Positions 8,294 to 16,388 of a stretch of DNA of 64,000 bases are shown in pieces. This DNA comes from Sulfurimonadaceae bacterium (GTDB lineage Bacteria > Campylobacterota > Campylobacteria > Campylobacterales > Sulfurimonadaceae): the NCBI GenBank assembly GCA_041555445.1, contig JBFFKK010000001.1:64418-128417 (forward strand), read 5' to 3'. The notes under the pieces are model-generated. The model was not told the origin of the DNA and ran no database searches. It worked only from the letters and a program-made list of their open reading frames with translations. Each line of letters begins with the position of its first letter. Position 1 is the first letter of the stretch. A program made the position numbers and the translations under genes.

Positions 8294-9608
8294 CCTCGTC
8301 TCCTAAGAGCGGCAGACTCTTTTTGGGTTTCAGTCCCAGTTTTTTCATCGACTCCACCCGGTTAAGCAGGTTGCCCCGCCCCGTACTGAGTTTGTTCAAC
8401 GCGCTCTCGTAACTCTCCTGCGTCTTGCCGATCTGCGTTCCGATCTTTTTGAGGTCGTCAACGAACATGACGAATTTGTCATAGAGGTTCTCGGCCTGTC
8501 TCGCGATCTCCTGGGCGTTCTGTTCCTGACGTTCACTGCGCCAGATATGTTCTATGGTGCGCAGCGTCACCAGAAGTGTCGAGGGGCTGACGATCATGAT
8601 GTTCTTTTCGTATGCCCGACTGAAGAAGCTGCCGTCTTGTTCCAGCGCCAATAAAAAAGCACCCTCTATCGGCATGAAGAGCAGGATGAAGTCAAGCGTG
8701 TGCACCCCTTCGAGGTTCTCGTACTTTTTATCGGAGAGCCCTTTGATGTGGGCATTGATCGAGGCGAGGTGCTGTTTGAGCGCCCGCTCTTTCTCTTCGG
8801 GGCTTTCGGCACTCATAAAACGTTCGTAGGCGACCAGCGAGACCTTGGAGTCGATGACAAGGTCTTTTTGCTGCGGCAGGTGGATGATCACATCCGGGCG
8901 GAGTGTATTGCCCTCTTCGCCTTTGAAGCTCCCCTGGGTCTCATACTCCATCCCTTTACGCAGGCCCGACTCTTCGAGAATGCGTTCCAGAACGATCTCG
9001 CCCCAGTTCCCCTGTGTCTTGTTCTCACCCTTGAGCGCATTGGTCAGGTTCCTGGCATCCTGTGTGATCTGCTCGTTGAGTTCACGCAGCCGCGAAAGCT
9101 CTTTATGCAGAACGGCGCGCTCCGAGTTCTCTTTGACGAAGCGGTCTTCCGTCTGTTTCGAAAAACTTGTGATCTGTTCACGGAACGGTTTGAGCAGCAG
9201 ATGCAGACGCTCCTGCGAGCTCTCTTCAAAACGCTTTGTCTTGGACTCGAAGATCTCGTTGGCAAGATGGTTGAACTGTTGCTTGAGCGTCTCTTTCGCT
9301 TCATCCAGCAGTTTGATCTTTTCGTTGTTCGCCGAAGTGGCATCCTCATGACGGGTGTGCAAGACGGCGTAGTCCCGCTCAAGCGCATTGCGCTCCTCAT
9401 TCAGCGATCCCAGCTGCGTGTTCAGGTTCGCGATTTCATCGTTTTTCTGAAGAAGCGCTTCATCCAGCCCCGCTATCTTGTCATCGCGCTCCGACAACAG
9501 CAGTTCATACTGTTTCGTTCTTAGGTAGTAACGGACATAGAGGAGCGCAAAAAGTGCTGCAGCTGCCGCTGTGACCGAAAGTAAAATGTACACAAAGTTG
9601 ATTGGCAT
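8283..9608 (-). CDS. rmuC: DNA recombination protein RmuC
   Basis: 441 aa. N-terminal TM, a long coiled coil, then the RmuC core KGENKTQGNWGEIVLERILEESGLRKGMEYETQ ... PDVIIHLP ... VIDSKVSL ... FILLFMPIEGAF. Confidence 0.9.
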   Translation of the reverse strand: MPINFVYILLSVTAAAAALFALLYVRYYLRTKQYELLLSERDDKIAGLDEALLQKNDEIANLNTQLGSLNEERNALERDYAVLHTRHEDATSANNEKIKLLDEAKETLKQQFNHLANEIFESKTKRFEESSQERLHLLLKPFREQITSFSKQTEDRFVKENSERAVLHKELSRLRELNEQITQDARNLTNALKGENKTQGNWGEIVLERILEESGLRKGMEYETQGSFKGEEGNTLRPDVIIHLPQQKDLVIDSKVSLVAYERFMSAESPEEKERALKQHLASINAHIKGLSDKKYENLEGVHTLDFILLFMPIEGAFLLALEQDGSFFSRAYEKNIMIVSPSTLLVTLRTIEHIWRSERQEQNAQEIARQAENLYDKFVMFVDDLKKIGTQIGKTQESYESALNKLSTGRGNLLNRVESMKKLGLKPKKSLPLLGDEDES

Positions 9609-9972
9609 AATGTTCCTTATGATGTTCTATATTATAGCAACCCTAGTAGATAAACCGCATAAATATTGCATCTTCTCGCATTATTGCCATTATTTCGCTA
9701 TAATTCCATTACTTAAACTTTTGAGCCTTTTTTAAGGATAATCCTTAACGCAAAAGTATGGGGTAACGCTGCAAGATGCAAAGACCCTCTAGAGAGCCCA
9801 GGTGGGCCAACTCCTAAAAGTTTAAAAAACAACTGGACATCTTTTAAACTAAATTTCTATGATCGGTAATCCAAGATAATATTTATTTACACAAGGGCAT
9901 CTTTAAACACCCCTGGCTTTACAACCGGATGCTTAAAGATTCCCTTAGATGTTCTACGCACAAAGAGAATAC

Positions 9973-11505
9973 ATGAGTAACAACACAACAGAAAAAACAA
10001 TCGCAGAAGAGCTGCCAATGGAAGAGACATTCGAACAATTCGGACTTAAAAAAGAGATCATGCGTGCGATCGGTTATGCCGGCTTCAAATCACCCAGCCC
10101 GATTCAGAAGATGGCGATCCCCGTCGTTCTTGAAGGCCGCGACGTTGTCGCACAGGCACAGACAGGTACCGGTAAAACAGCTGCATTCGGTCTGCCGACA
10201 CTCAACAACATGACAGGCAAGGACGGTGTCGAAGCACTGATCATCACACCGACACGCGAACTTGCCAACCAGGTCAGTGACGAACTCTATAAATACGGCA
10301 AACAGCTCGGTATCCGTACCGTAACCGTTTACGGCGGCAGCTCGTACGGTCGCCAGATCGGTCTTATTGAACGCGGCGCACAGGTCGTTATCGCCACACC
10401 GGGCCGCCTGAAAGATATCCTTTCGCGCGAAATGATCAAAGACTTCGCTCCGTCAACTGTTATTCTCGACGAAGCGGATGAGATGCTTGACATGGGCTTC
10501 CTCGATGACATCAACGAGATCTTCTCCTACCTTCCGAGCGACCGTCAGACACTGCTCTTCTCGGCAACGATGCCGCCTCCGATCAAGAAACTTGCAGAGC
10601 GCATTTTGGTCAACCCTGAGTTCATCACGATCACACGCGACGAGACGACCAACGTCGACATCGAACAGAAGTACTATGTTATCGACGAGAATGAGCGCGA
10701 TGATGCTATTATCCGTCTTCTTGACGCGGAAGATGCATCGAAATGCGTCGTCTTCTGTCGTACCAAAAAAGAGGTCGACCGTGTGGCTGACGTCCTTATG
10801 GGTGTCGGCTACAGTGCCAAAGGCCTTCACGGCGACATGGAACAGCGTCAGCGTGAAGCCGTTATCAAGGGGCTTAAGACGGGTCAGTATGACATCCTTG
10901 TCGCAACCGATGTTGCCGCGCGCGGTATCCACATCGACGACGTAAGCCACGTCTTCAACTACCACATCCCGTTTGACTCGGAGTCGTATGTACACCGTAT
11001 CGGTCGTACGGGCCGTGCAGGTCAGAAGGGTATGGCGATCACGCTGCTTACGCCGCGCGAGTTCAAAGAGCTTCAGCGTATCAAAGCCAAGGTCGGTACG
11101 ACGATGGAGCACGCCTACGTTCCGTCGAAGTCATCGATCAAGAAAGCAAACTTCTCTTCGATCGTCGAGTCGATCGAGAAACACAAGATCTTTGACGAAG
11201 CGCACGAGATCCTTGACGCTCTTCGTCAGGATATAGACGACGAGCAGATCATCTACAAGCTAGTCTCGATGATCATCGATCGTCAAGAGGTCAAAGGACC
11301 GAATGAGATCGGTATCAACCCTGAACGTCTTGAGAAGATCCTGAAAAACCTCGAACGCGGCGGACGTGAAGGTGGCGGAAGCCGTGGTCGCGGCGGCTAT
11401 CGCGGCAACCGTAACCGCAGCGGCGGTGGCGGCGGCGGATACCGTGGCAACCGTGACCGTAACAGCGGCGGCGGTGGGTACCGCGGCAACCGCACCAGAG
11501 ACTAA
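9973..11505 (+). CDS. DEAD-box ATP-dependent RNA helicase with C-terminal RGG/YRGNR repeat tail
   Basis: Motifs present: Q (GFKSPSPIQ), I (AQTGTGKT), DEAD (ILDEADEM), SAT, HRIGRTGRAG. The tail reads GGYRGNRNRSGGGGGGYRGNRDRNSGGGGYRGNRTRD. The track starts at 9949. I prefer the in-frame ATG at 9973 (MSNNTTEK), which has a slightly better upstream purine run. The start is uncertain. Confidence 0.9.
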   Translation: MSNNTTEKTIAEELPMEETFEQFGLKKEIMRAIGYAGFKSPSPIQKMAIPVVLEGRDVVAQAQTGTGKTAAFGLPTLNNMTGKDGVEALIITPTRELANQVSDELYKYGKQLGIRTVTVYGGSSYGRQIGLIERGAQVVIATPGRLKDILSREMIKDFAPSTVILDEADEMLDMGFLDDINEIFSYLPSDRQTLLFSATMPPPIKKLAERILVNPEFITITRDETTNVDIEQKYYVIDENERDDAIIRLLDAEDASKCVVFCRTKKEVDRVADVLMGVGYSAKGLHGDMEQRQREAVIKGLKTGQYDILVATDVAARGIHIDDVSHVFNYHIPFDSESYVHRIGRTGRAGQKGMAITLLTPREFKELQRIKAKVGTTMEHAYVPSKSSIKKANFSSIVESIEKHKIFDEAHEILDALRQDIDDEQIIYKLVSMIIDRQEVKGPNEIGINPERLEKILKNLERGGREGGGSRGRGGYRGNRNRSGGGGGGYRGNRDRNSGGGGYRGNRTRD

Positions 11506-11764
11506 CGCTCACCCTTTTTTGAGAGAGTTTCTCTCTCACCTTCTCTCACAACGCTTTCACCCCCTTCCAATATTTTTCTTTACATTGCGTATCAACAAAA
11601 ATACAACTGCGCCGTTGTGGATTCCTGTCCGGACAGATTCTCCAAATCAAACATTGTGCGGTACCGGAACGTCTCAAACGAAATGCCTGTTTTACGGGTA
11701 CAATAAGTGTAAATGAAGTCTTTTTCAAGTATAAAATCAAATATTTTGCATAAAGGCGACTTCG

Positions 11765-12316
11765 ATGGATAATTTCGAACTTGATTTATTAAAGCTTTTT
11801 TTAGCTCCGGTAGCGGCACTGATCATACCGATTGTATGGAATTTTGCGAGTGTGCCCATCGCATACTTGAGAGAAAAGTCCATGAAAAAGCCCTCTGCCG
11901 TAAACATAAACCTTGATCTCAACTACACTGAGCATCCTGAATTGGAGAATGCCCGGTTTAAATGTCTGGTTGTGCGTTACGGCACGGATGAGTATATAAA
12001 GTCAATGGCAAATGATCAAGAAAAGTATGATGGCAGGCTGCGTAATGATATTATTGAGATCGACCATCAAAAAGGGCGATTGGATTTTGTCATCCCGCTT
12101 CATAAACGTATCGGAACCCAGTTCAAATGTTTTTTGGAGGTAGAGAGTAAAGAACAAGCAGAAAAAATAGTCCAGAATGCCAAAAACTTTTCAGGCATAT
12201 ACGATTTGAGTCTGGCATCAAGCCAGCATAAAAACAGAGTTTTCTTTTTGTTAAACGATTACGGAGAGACAACGACCGTAGACGGATTGAAAAACAATAT
12301 GATTTTTCCTATTTAG
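11765..12316 (+). CDS. hypothetical membrane-anchored protein (183 aa) in an AT-rich stretch
   Basis: Only long ORF in the visibly AT-rich 11.54-12.32 kb region. One N-terminal TM (LLKLFLAPVAALIIPIVWNFASV). No recognisable motif. Confidence 0.4.
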   Translation: MDNFELDLLKLFLAPVAALIIPIVWNFASVPIAYLREKSMKKPSAVNINLDLNYTEHPELENARFKCLVVRYGTDEYIKSMANDQEKYDGRLRNDIIEIDHQKGRLDFVIPLHKRIGTQFKCFLEVESKEQAEKIVQNAKNFSGIYDLSLASSQHKNRVFFLLNDYGETTTVDGLKNNMIFPI

Positions 12317-12395
12317 GCATACCCCTGCAGAGCCTGTCTGCTTGCGTGGCGCCTGCGCTGCTACCCTGAAAGTTTAAGTTGTTTTTATCATACGA

Positions 12396-13085
12396 CTACG
12401 AAACGGTCGCATAGGCCTTTTGCAGTGCACCGTAAAGCACTTTTGGCGTCAATGAATCGTTCTCTTCCCAAAGCTCCTGCATGACGATATTGTCCTCTTT
12501 GCCGTTCCACTCCTTGATATACGTTCCCTCTTTGTAGCCGTGATCCTGGCGGAACTGGTTGAGGATGTTCTTGCCGACATAGAGACGGTAAAGGTCTTGC
12601 AGATTCAGCTTGCACATGTAGGCCAGTTCAAAGAAGTCTTCAAAGAGCTTGGCACTGTCAAACTTCTCGCGGTTGACCGTATTGCAGATAATGTCTTCGA
12701 CTTTATCCATGATCGTATGCGGCTCGGCAAACTGAAGATTCCCGTTCTCTTCAAGCGTTATATAGCCCGGCATCTGTGATGTCGTCATCGCCAGGTCTTC
12801 GATGGTGCCGCGGAAGTTTTGCGAATAGTCTTCGAGTCCAAGACTCATGATGAAGTGCCATACATCGACCACTTCGATCTGAAGGTTGCCCCAGTCCGGT
12901 TCCTGGTTGATTGCTTTCCAGTGCTTCCAGGCAAACGAGTCCACCATCTCACAGCACTCCATGTAGATACAGCGTTTCCAGTTGATGACCTTGCCGTTTT
13001 TCGTGTGCCCGGCTTCCCAGCCTTCGCCGTTCGTCGCATCGTTCAACTCCTGCTGCAGCAGCAACATCTCCAAGACTTTTTCCAT
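12396..13085 (-). CDS. dut: dimeric (all-alpha) dUTPase family protein
   Basis: MEKVLEMLLLQQELNDATNGEGW...NWKRCIYMECCEMVDSFAWKHWK...VVDVWHFIMSL resembles the Campylobacter/trypanosomatid dimeric dUTPase family. I trimmed the start to ATG 13085, which has AGGAG 6 nt upstream. The track ORF starts at 13142. Confidence 0.75.
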   Translation of the reverse strand: MEKVLEMLLLQQELNDATNGEGWEAGHTKNGKVINWKRCIYMECCEMVDSFAWKHWKAINQEPDWGNLQIEVVDVWHFIMSLGLEDYSQNFRGTIEDLAMTTSQMPGYITLEENGNLQFAEPHTIMDKVEDIICNTVNREKFDSAKLFEDFFELAYMCKLNLQDLYRLYVGKNILNQFRQDHGYKEGTYIKEWNGKEDNIVMQELWEENDSLTPKVLYGALQKAYATVS

Positions 13086-13157
13086 AAACACTCCTATCGA
13101 ATTGTGCTGTTCGTTAGAGAAGAGAAGGCTTCTCTTTTGCAAAAACAGCTCATCATT

Positions 13158-13592
13158 TTACTCTAACTCTCCACCATTTTCCCTTTGCCAACGGAGCTTT
13201 TTGCCAAACCCCAGACGGTTGTCCGTCAGCTTGATATCTTCAAGCTCGATAGACCACAACTGCGGGTTCATCACCTTGGCAAAAGGGTATGCCTTGAAAT
13301 AGATCTTCCCCTCCTCATGCGAGATCGCCCGCATCGTCGCCCTGAACTGGATCCCCTCGATCTTGCCGACCTCGTCTGTCTCCAGGGCGACCGTCCCCGA
13401 AACGGCGTTATTGCCCAAGACGTTTTTGATATGCTCGGTTTTCGTATCCGAAGCGACGACAAAAGCGGTCTTCTCGGCGTCATACGCATAAAAAAGACTG
13501 GCCGACTGCGGCACATTGTCGGCCGAAGTGGCCAAAGAGAGCAGATGGTGTTTCGCGAGAAAAACGTTGATCTTCTCAAGCGTACCGGGCAT
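13158..13592 (-). CDS. pyridoxamine 5'-phosphate oxidase-like (YhbP/UPF0306-type) FMN-binding split-barrel protein
   Basis: 144 aa. INVFLAKHHLLSLATSADNVPQSASLFYAYDAEKTAFVVASDTKTEHIKN is typical of YhbP-like PNPOx-fold proteins. It overlaps the upstream gene by 17 nt. Confidence 0.7.
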   Translation of the reverse strand: MPGTLEKINVFLAKHHLLSLATSADNVPQSASLFYAYDAEKTAFVVASDTKTEHIKNVLGNNAVSGTVALETDEVGKIEGIQFRATMRAISHEEGKIYFKAYPFAKVMNPQLWSIELEDIKLTDNRLGFGKKLRWQRENGGELE

Positions 13593-14475
13593 CGATCTTC
13601 TCTATGTATTCGGCAATGGCATCCGCATTGCTCATCCCCCGGTAGTTTGGCGGCAGCACATCCATCCCGCCGTAGGCACCCAGCACCGCACCGACGATCA
13701 TCCCACGTGCGGCCGAATCACCGCCGGCAAGCACATTGGCCTCCATCGCTTCCTGAAAATCGCTGAAACGCACGAGCAGGTAGATCACCGCTGCAAAACC
13801 GCCGTCAACGCTGCAGGACTGTCCCAGTGTTTTGATCGCTTCGATGCTCTCTGTCTCCGCCTTCGCGACCCCTTCTTGCACCCATTTTTGGATCTTGTCC
13901 GAATAGGCCAAAGCGATCTCTTCAATCGCCCGTCCTATCTCCGCACCCATGCTGACGGCCATGATCAGCTCATTAAAGTAGGCGGCACTCTCGACAAGCT
14001 CTTTCGTCATGTGGGTAAAAACGGTGTGCAGTTTGACATACTCCATCATCTTGTCCATGTCGTTATGGTAGGCATAGATAAGCGGCATCATGCGTCCGAC
14101 GACACTCAGGTCGCGCGAACCGGAACCGCAGGCCAGCGAGTTCTTCCCTTCTGCCAATGCCGCTATGGTATGTTTGGACGCCCCGTCGACATAGCCCTCA
14201 TACGTCTCCATCTTGGTCCTCCATTTCACGGAGAAACCGTGTACGGTAAACTCGTCTTCTGCGAGCGCTTCCAAAAGCCAGAGCATCTGGTCACCGTAAT
14301 GCGTAAAGTCACCGGCGGCCTTGCCTTTATGGTAATCCGTCAGCGGGTCATTAAAGCGCTTGGTGTCAAACTCGGATTTCGAGATCTGGTGCGTGTCGTA
14401 GAGCCAGTGCGCGCCCAGGGCGTAAGCATCCGCGTAAAAGGCACCCCAAAGTGCCGCTTCAAGTCTGTTTTTCAT
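13576..14475 (-). CDS. ADP-ribosylglycohydrolase (ARH/DraG) family protein, divergent metal-site motifs
   Basis: 299 aa. The N-terminal ALWGAFYADAYALG and C-terminal AGGDSAARGMIVGAVLGA blocks match the ARH fold. GGDSAA stands where I remember GGDTDT, and FTHYGDQ stands where I remember TDDT. Confidence 0.8.
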   Translation of the reverse strand: MKNRLEAALWGAFYADAYALGAHWLYDTHQISKSEFDTKRFNDPLTDYHKGKAAGDFTHYGDQMLWLLEALAEDEFTVHGFSVKWRTKMETYEGYVDGASKHTIAALAEGKNSLACGSGSRDLSVVGRMMPLIYAYHNDMDKMMEYVKLHTVFTHMTKELVESAAYFNELIMAVSMGAEIGRAIEEIALAYSDKIQKWVQEGVAKAETESIEAIKTLGQSCSVDGGFAAVIYLLVRFSDFQEAMEANVLAGGDSAARGMIVGAVLGAYGGMDVLPPNYRGMSNADAIAEYIEKIDARYA

Positions 14476-15193
14476 CCAAAAACTCCTCTATAATCTTCAG
14501 CATCTCGTCAACCGCCTTCGTTGCCGGACGTTGCAAAAAATGTTCAAAATAATCGTCGATATGTTTGTCGAAACGCCCGAAAGCGGTCACATGTTCTTCG
14601 CGCTTCGGGTTGATCAGAATAGAGTGGCTGAACTCCTGTACCAGGGGGACGATGTCGATCACCTGTCCGCTCGTCCCGATGGCGATGAACATCTCACTGG
14701 CATCGACCGCTTCATAGATGTGCCGGTAGGCCGGTGCACTCTCGCCGAACATCACGACATTATGACGGACCTTGTATTCGCCGCAATGCGGACACTGTTC
14801 GTCCTCTTTTTGGGACCGGTAGCCGACATGAAAGGTCTGTTGACAGCTCTCGCACCGAAGATCGGTCAGGGTCCCGTGCAGGTGAAGCACCTCTGTCGAG
14901 CCCGCTTTTTCCAGGAGGTTATCGACATTCTGCGTCAGATGTAGTATCTGGTTCGGATAGCGTCTCTCCAGGTCGGCCAGGGCCCGGTGCATCGCGTTGG
15001 GCTCTTTCTCCTCCAGTGCTTCGCGGCGGGCATTATAGAAGTCGGTCACAAGGGCTCTGTCCTGCTGCCAGCCCTGCGTCGAGCAGACCGTCATCACATC
15101 ATAGTTCTCCCACAACCCGTCGCTGTCACGAAAGGTGCTTATGCCGCTCTCTGCGCTTAACCCCGCACCGCTGATGATCATCACTCTGCGCAT
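14459..15193 (-). CDS. cobB: NAD-dependent protein deacylase, Sir2/CobB family
   Basis: GAGLSAESGISTFRDSDGLW, QNVDNL, catalytic HLHG, Zn ribbon CESC...CPHCG, and GTSGQV. The start is set to ATG 15193 (GAAAGG upstream). The track uses TTG at 15217. Confidence 0.85.
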   Translation of the reverse strand: MRRVMIISGAGLSAESGISTFRDSDGLWENYDVMTVCSTQGWQQDRALVTDFYNARREALEEKEPNAMHRALADLERRYPNQILHLTQNVDNLLEKAGSTEVLHLHGTLTDLRCESCQQTFHVGYRSQKEDEQCPHCGEYKVRHNVVMFGESAPAYRHIYEAVDASEMFIAIGTSGQVIDIVPLVQEFSHSILINPKREEHVTAFGRFDKHIDDYFEHFLQRPATKAVDEMLKIIEEFLDEKQT

Positions 15194-15203
15194 GCTGAAC
15201 CTT

Positions 15204-16388
15204 TCAATACTCGTCAAAATCGCTCAGGGCCATGTCCAGTTGAGCGATCGCATCATCCATCACCGGACCGGGAACGGCGAAGTTGAGCCGCATGTATCCC
15301 TTGCCCTCTTTGCCGAACGAGACGCCGGGGCTGAGCCCGAGCGCCGCATCTTCGATAAAAAAGCGCTTCAGCTCACGGCTGCCGAGCCCCAGACCGGAGC
15401 AGTCGAGCCAGGCCAGGTAGGTTCCCTGCGGCGGGATCAGACGGATCTTGTCTCGGTGCCTTTCGACCAGCGCGCTGAGCTTTTCGATGTTGCGCTGCAG
15501 GTGGATCAACAGCTCATCGAGCCACTGCCCCCCTTCGCGGTAGGCTGCCTCAAAACCGGCATGGGCAAAGATATTGCCCTGGGCAAAGTGGATACGCTCA
15601 TACGCATCGCTGAAGGCTTCGCGCATCTGCCCGTTCGGCACCACGACCGTTGAGATCCCGAGACCCGCCGTGTTAAAGGTCTTGCCCGGGCCGATAGCGG
15701 TAATCGTAATGTTGGCTATCTCTTCGCTCAGCGAGGCAAAAGGGGTGTGTTTGTGAGGCTGATAGACGAGGTCGGAGTGGATCTCATCGGCGACGACTTT
15801 GATGTCATGCTCCAGACAGATCGCCGCCAGATCCTGCAGCTCTTTACGCGACCATACCCGTCCGACCGGGTTGTGGGGCGAACAGAGCAGCAGCAGCTTT
15901 GTATCCGCATCGATCTTGGAAACCAGGTCTTCAAGGTCGAACGTGTAGTCGCCCTCCTCGCTTCGATGCAGCGGGTTGCGCAGGACTTCCCGTCCGTTAC
16001 GGGTCACATTGCTCAAAAACGGCGGGTAGATCGGTGTCTGGACAACCACCTTGTCGCCCGGCTTGGTAAAAGCGTGGATCGCCGTGTTGATCGTAGCGAC
16101 CACCGAGTGGGAGTAGAACATCCATTCGCGCTGCAAGGTGATGCCGTGACGCTTTTTCATCCACGCTATCTGCGCTTCATAGGCGCTGTCCGGAAGCTCT
16201 TCATAACCGTATATGGGGTGTGCGGCTCTTTTCTTGACCGCTTCGACGATACAGGGCGGTGTCTCGATGTCCATGTCCGCCACCCACATGGGGATGACAT
16301 CTTCCGTCTTGAACAGCTTCTGTCGCAGCGTGTACTTTTCAGCGTTTGTCGTTGAACGGTCCACAACACACTGAAAATCGAAACTCAT
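15204..16388 (-). CDS. ovoB: PLP-dependent C-S lyase of the PatB/MalY family, OvoB-like by context
   Basis: 394 aa aminotransferase class I/II fold (SPHNPVGRVW, GPGKTFNTAG Lys motif, RLNF). It overlaps the ovoA stop by 4 nt. This position is typical of the ovothiol sulfoxide lyase. Confidence 0.7.
   Translation of the reverse strand: MSFDFQCVVDRSTTNAEKYTLRQKLFKTEDVIPMWVADMDIETPPCIVEAVKKRAAHPIYGYEELPDSAYEAQIAWMKKRHGITLQREWMFYSHSVVATINTAIHAFTKPGDKVVVQTPIYPPFLSNVTRNGREVLRNPLHRSEEGDYTFDLEDLVSKIDADTKLLLLCSPHNPVGRVWSRKELQDLAAICLEHDIKVVADEIHSDLVYQPHKHTPFASLSEEIANITITAIGPGKTFNTAGLGISTVVVPNGQMREAFSDAYERIHFAQGNIFAHAGFEAAYREGGQWLDELLIHLQRNIEKLSALVERHRDKIRLIPPQGTYLAWLDCSGLGLGSRELKRFFIEDAALGLSPGVSFGKEGKGYMRLNFAVPGPVMDDAIAQLDMALSDFDEY

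Noticed and set aside
7613-9524. Plus-strand ORFs of 250 and 274 aa (7613-8365 and 8700-9524) opposite the histidine kinase and rmuC
   Set aside because: These are antisense shadows of well-supported genes. They have no RBS or domain signal and a skewed amino-acid composition.
11390-11505. GGC/CGC-rich tandem DNA repeats as a VNTR or CRISPR-like array
   Set aside because: The repeats are in frame within the helicase gene and encode the GGYRGNR tail. There is no spacer/repeat architecture.
11521-11537. Hairpin GAGAGAG-TTT-CTCTCTC just after the helicase stop as a terminator
   Set aside because: The stem is only 7 bp with a 3-nt loop and there is no downstream T tract. That is insufficient to call a terminator.
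13516-14493. 325-aa plus-strand ORF opposite the ARH gene
   Set aside because: It is an antisense shadow ORF. Its translation is R/H/G/P-rich with no motif, whereas the opposite frame has clear ARH family blocks.
14459-15193. Sir2 protein as an anti-phage defence effector (Thoeris/DSR/SIR2-HerA-like)
   Set aside because: It is a short (~244 aa) canonical CobB-type sirtuin with an intact Zn ribbon and catalytic His. It has no fused sensor domain and no TIR/HerA/pAgo neighbours. It is embedded in a metabolic operon.
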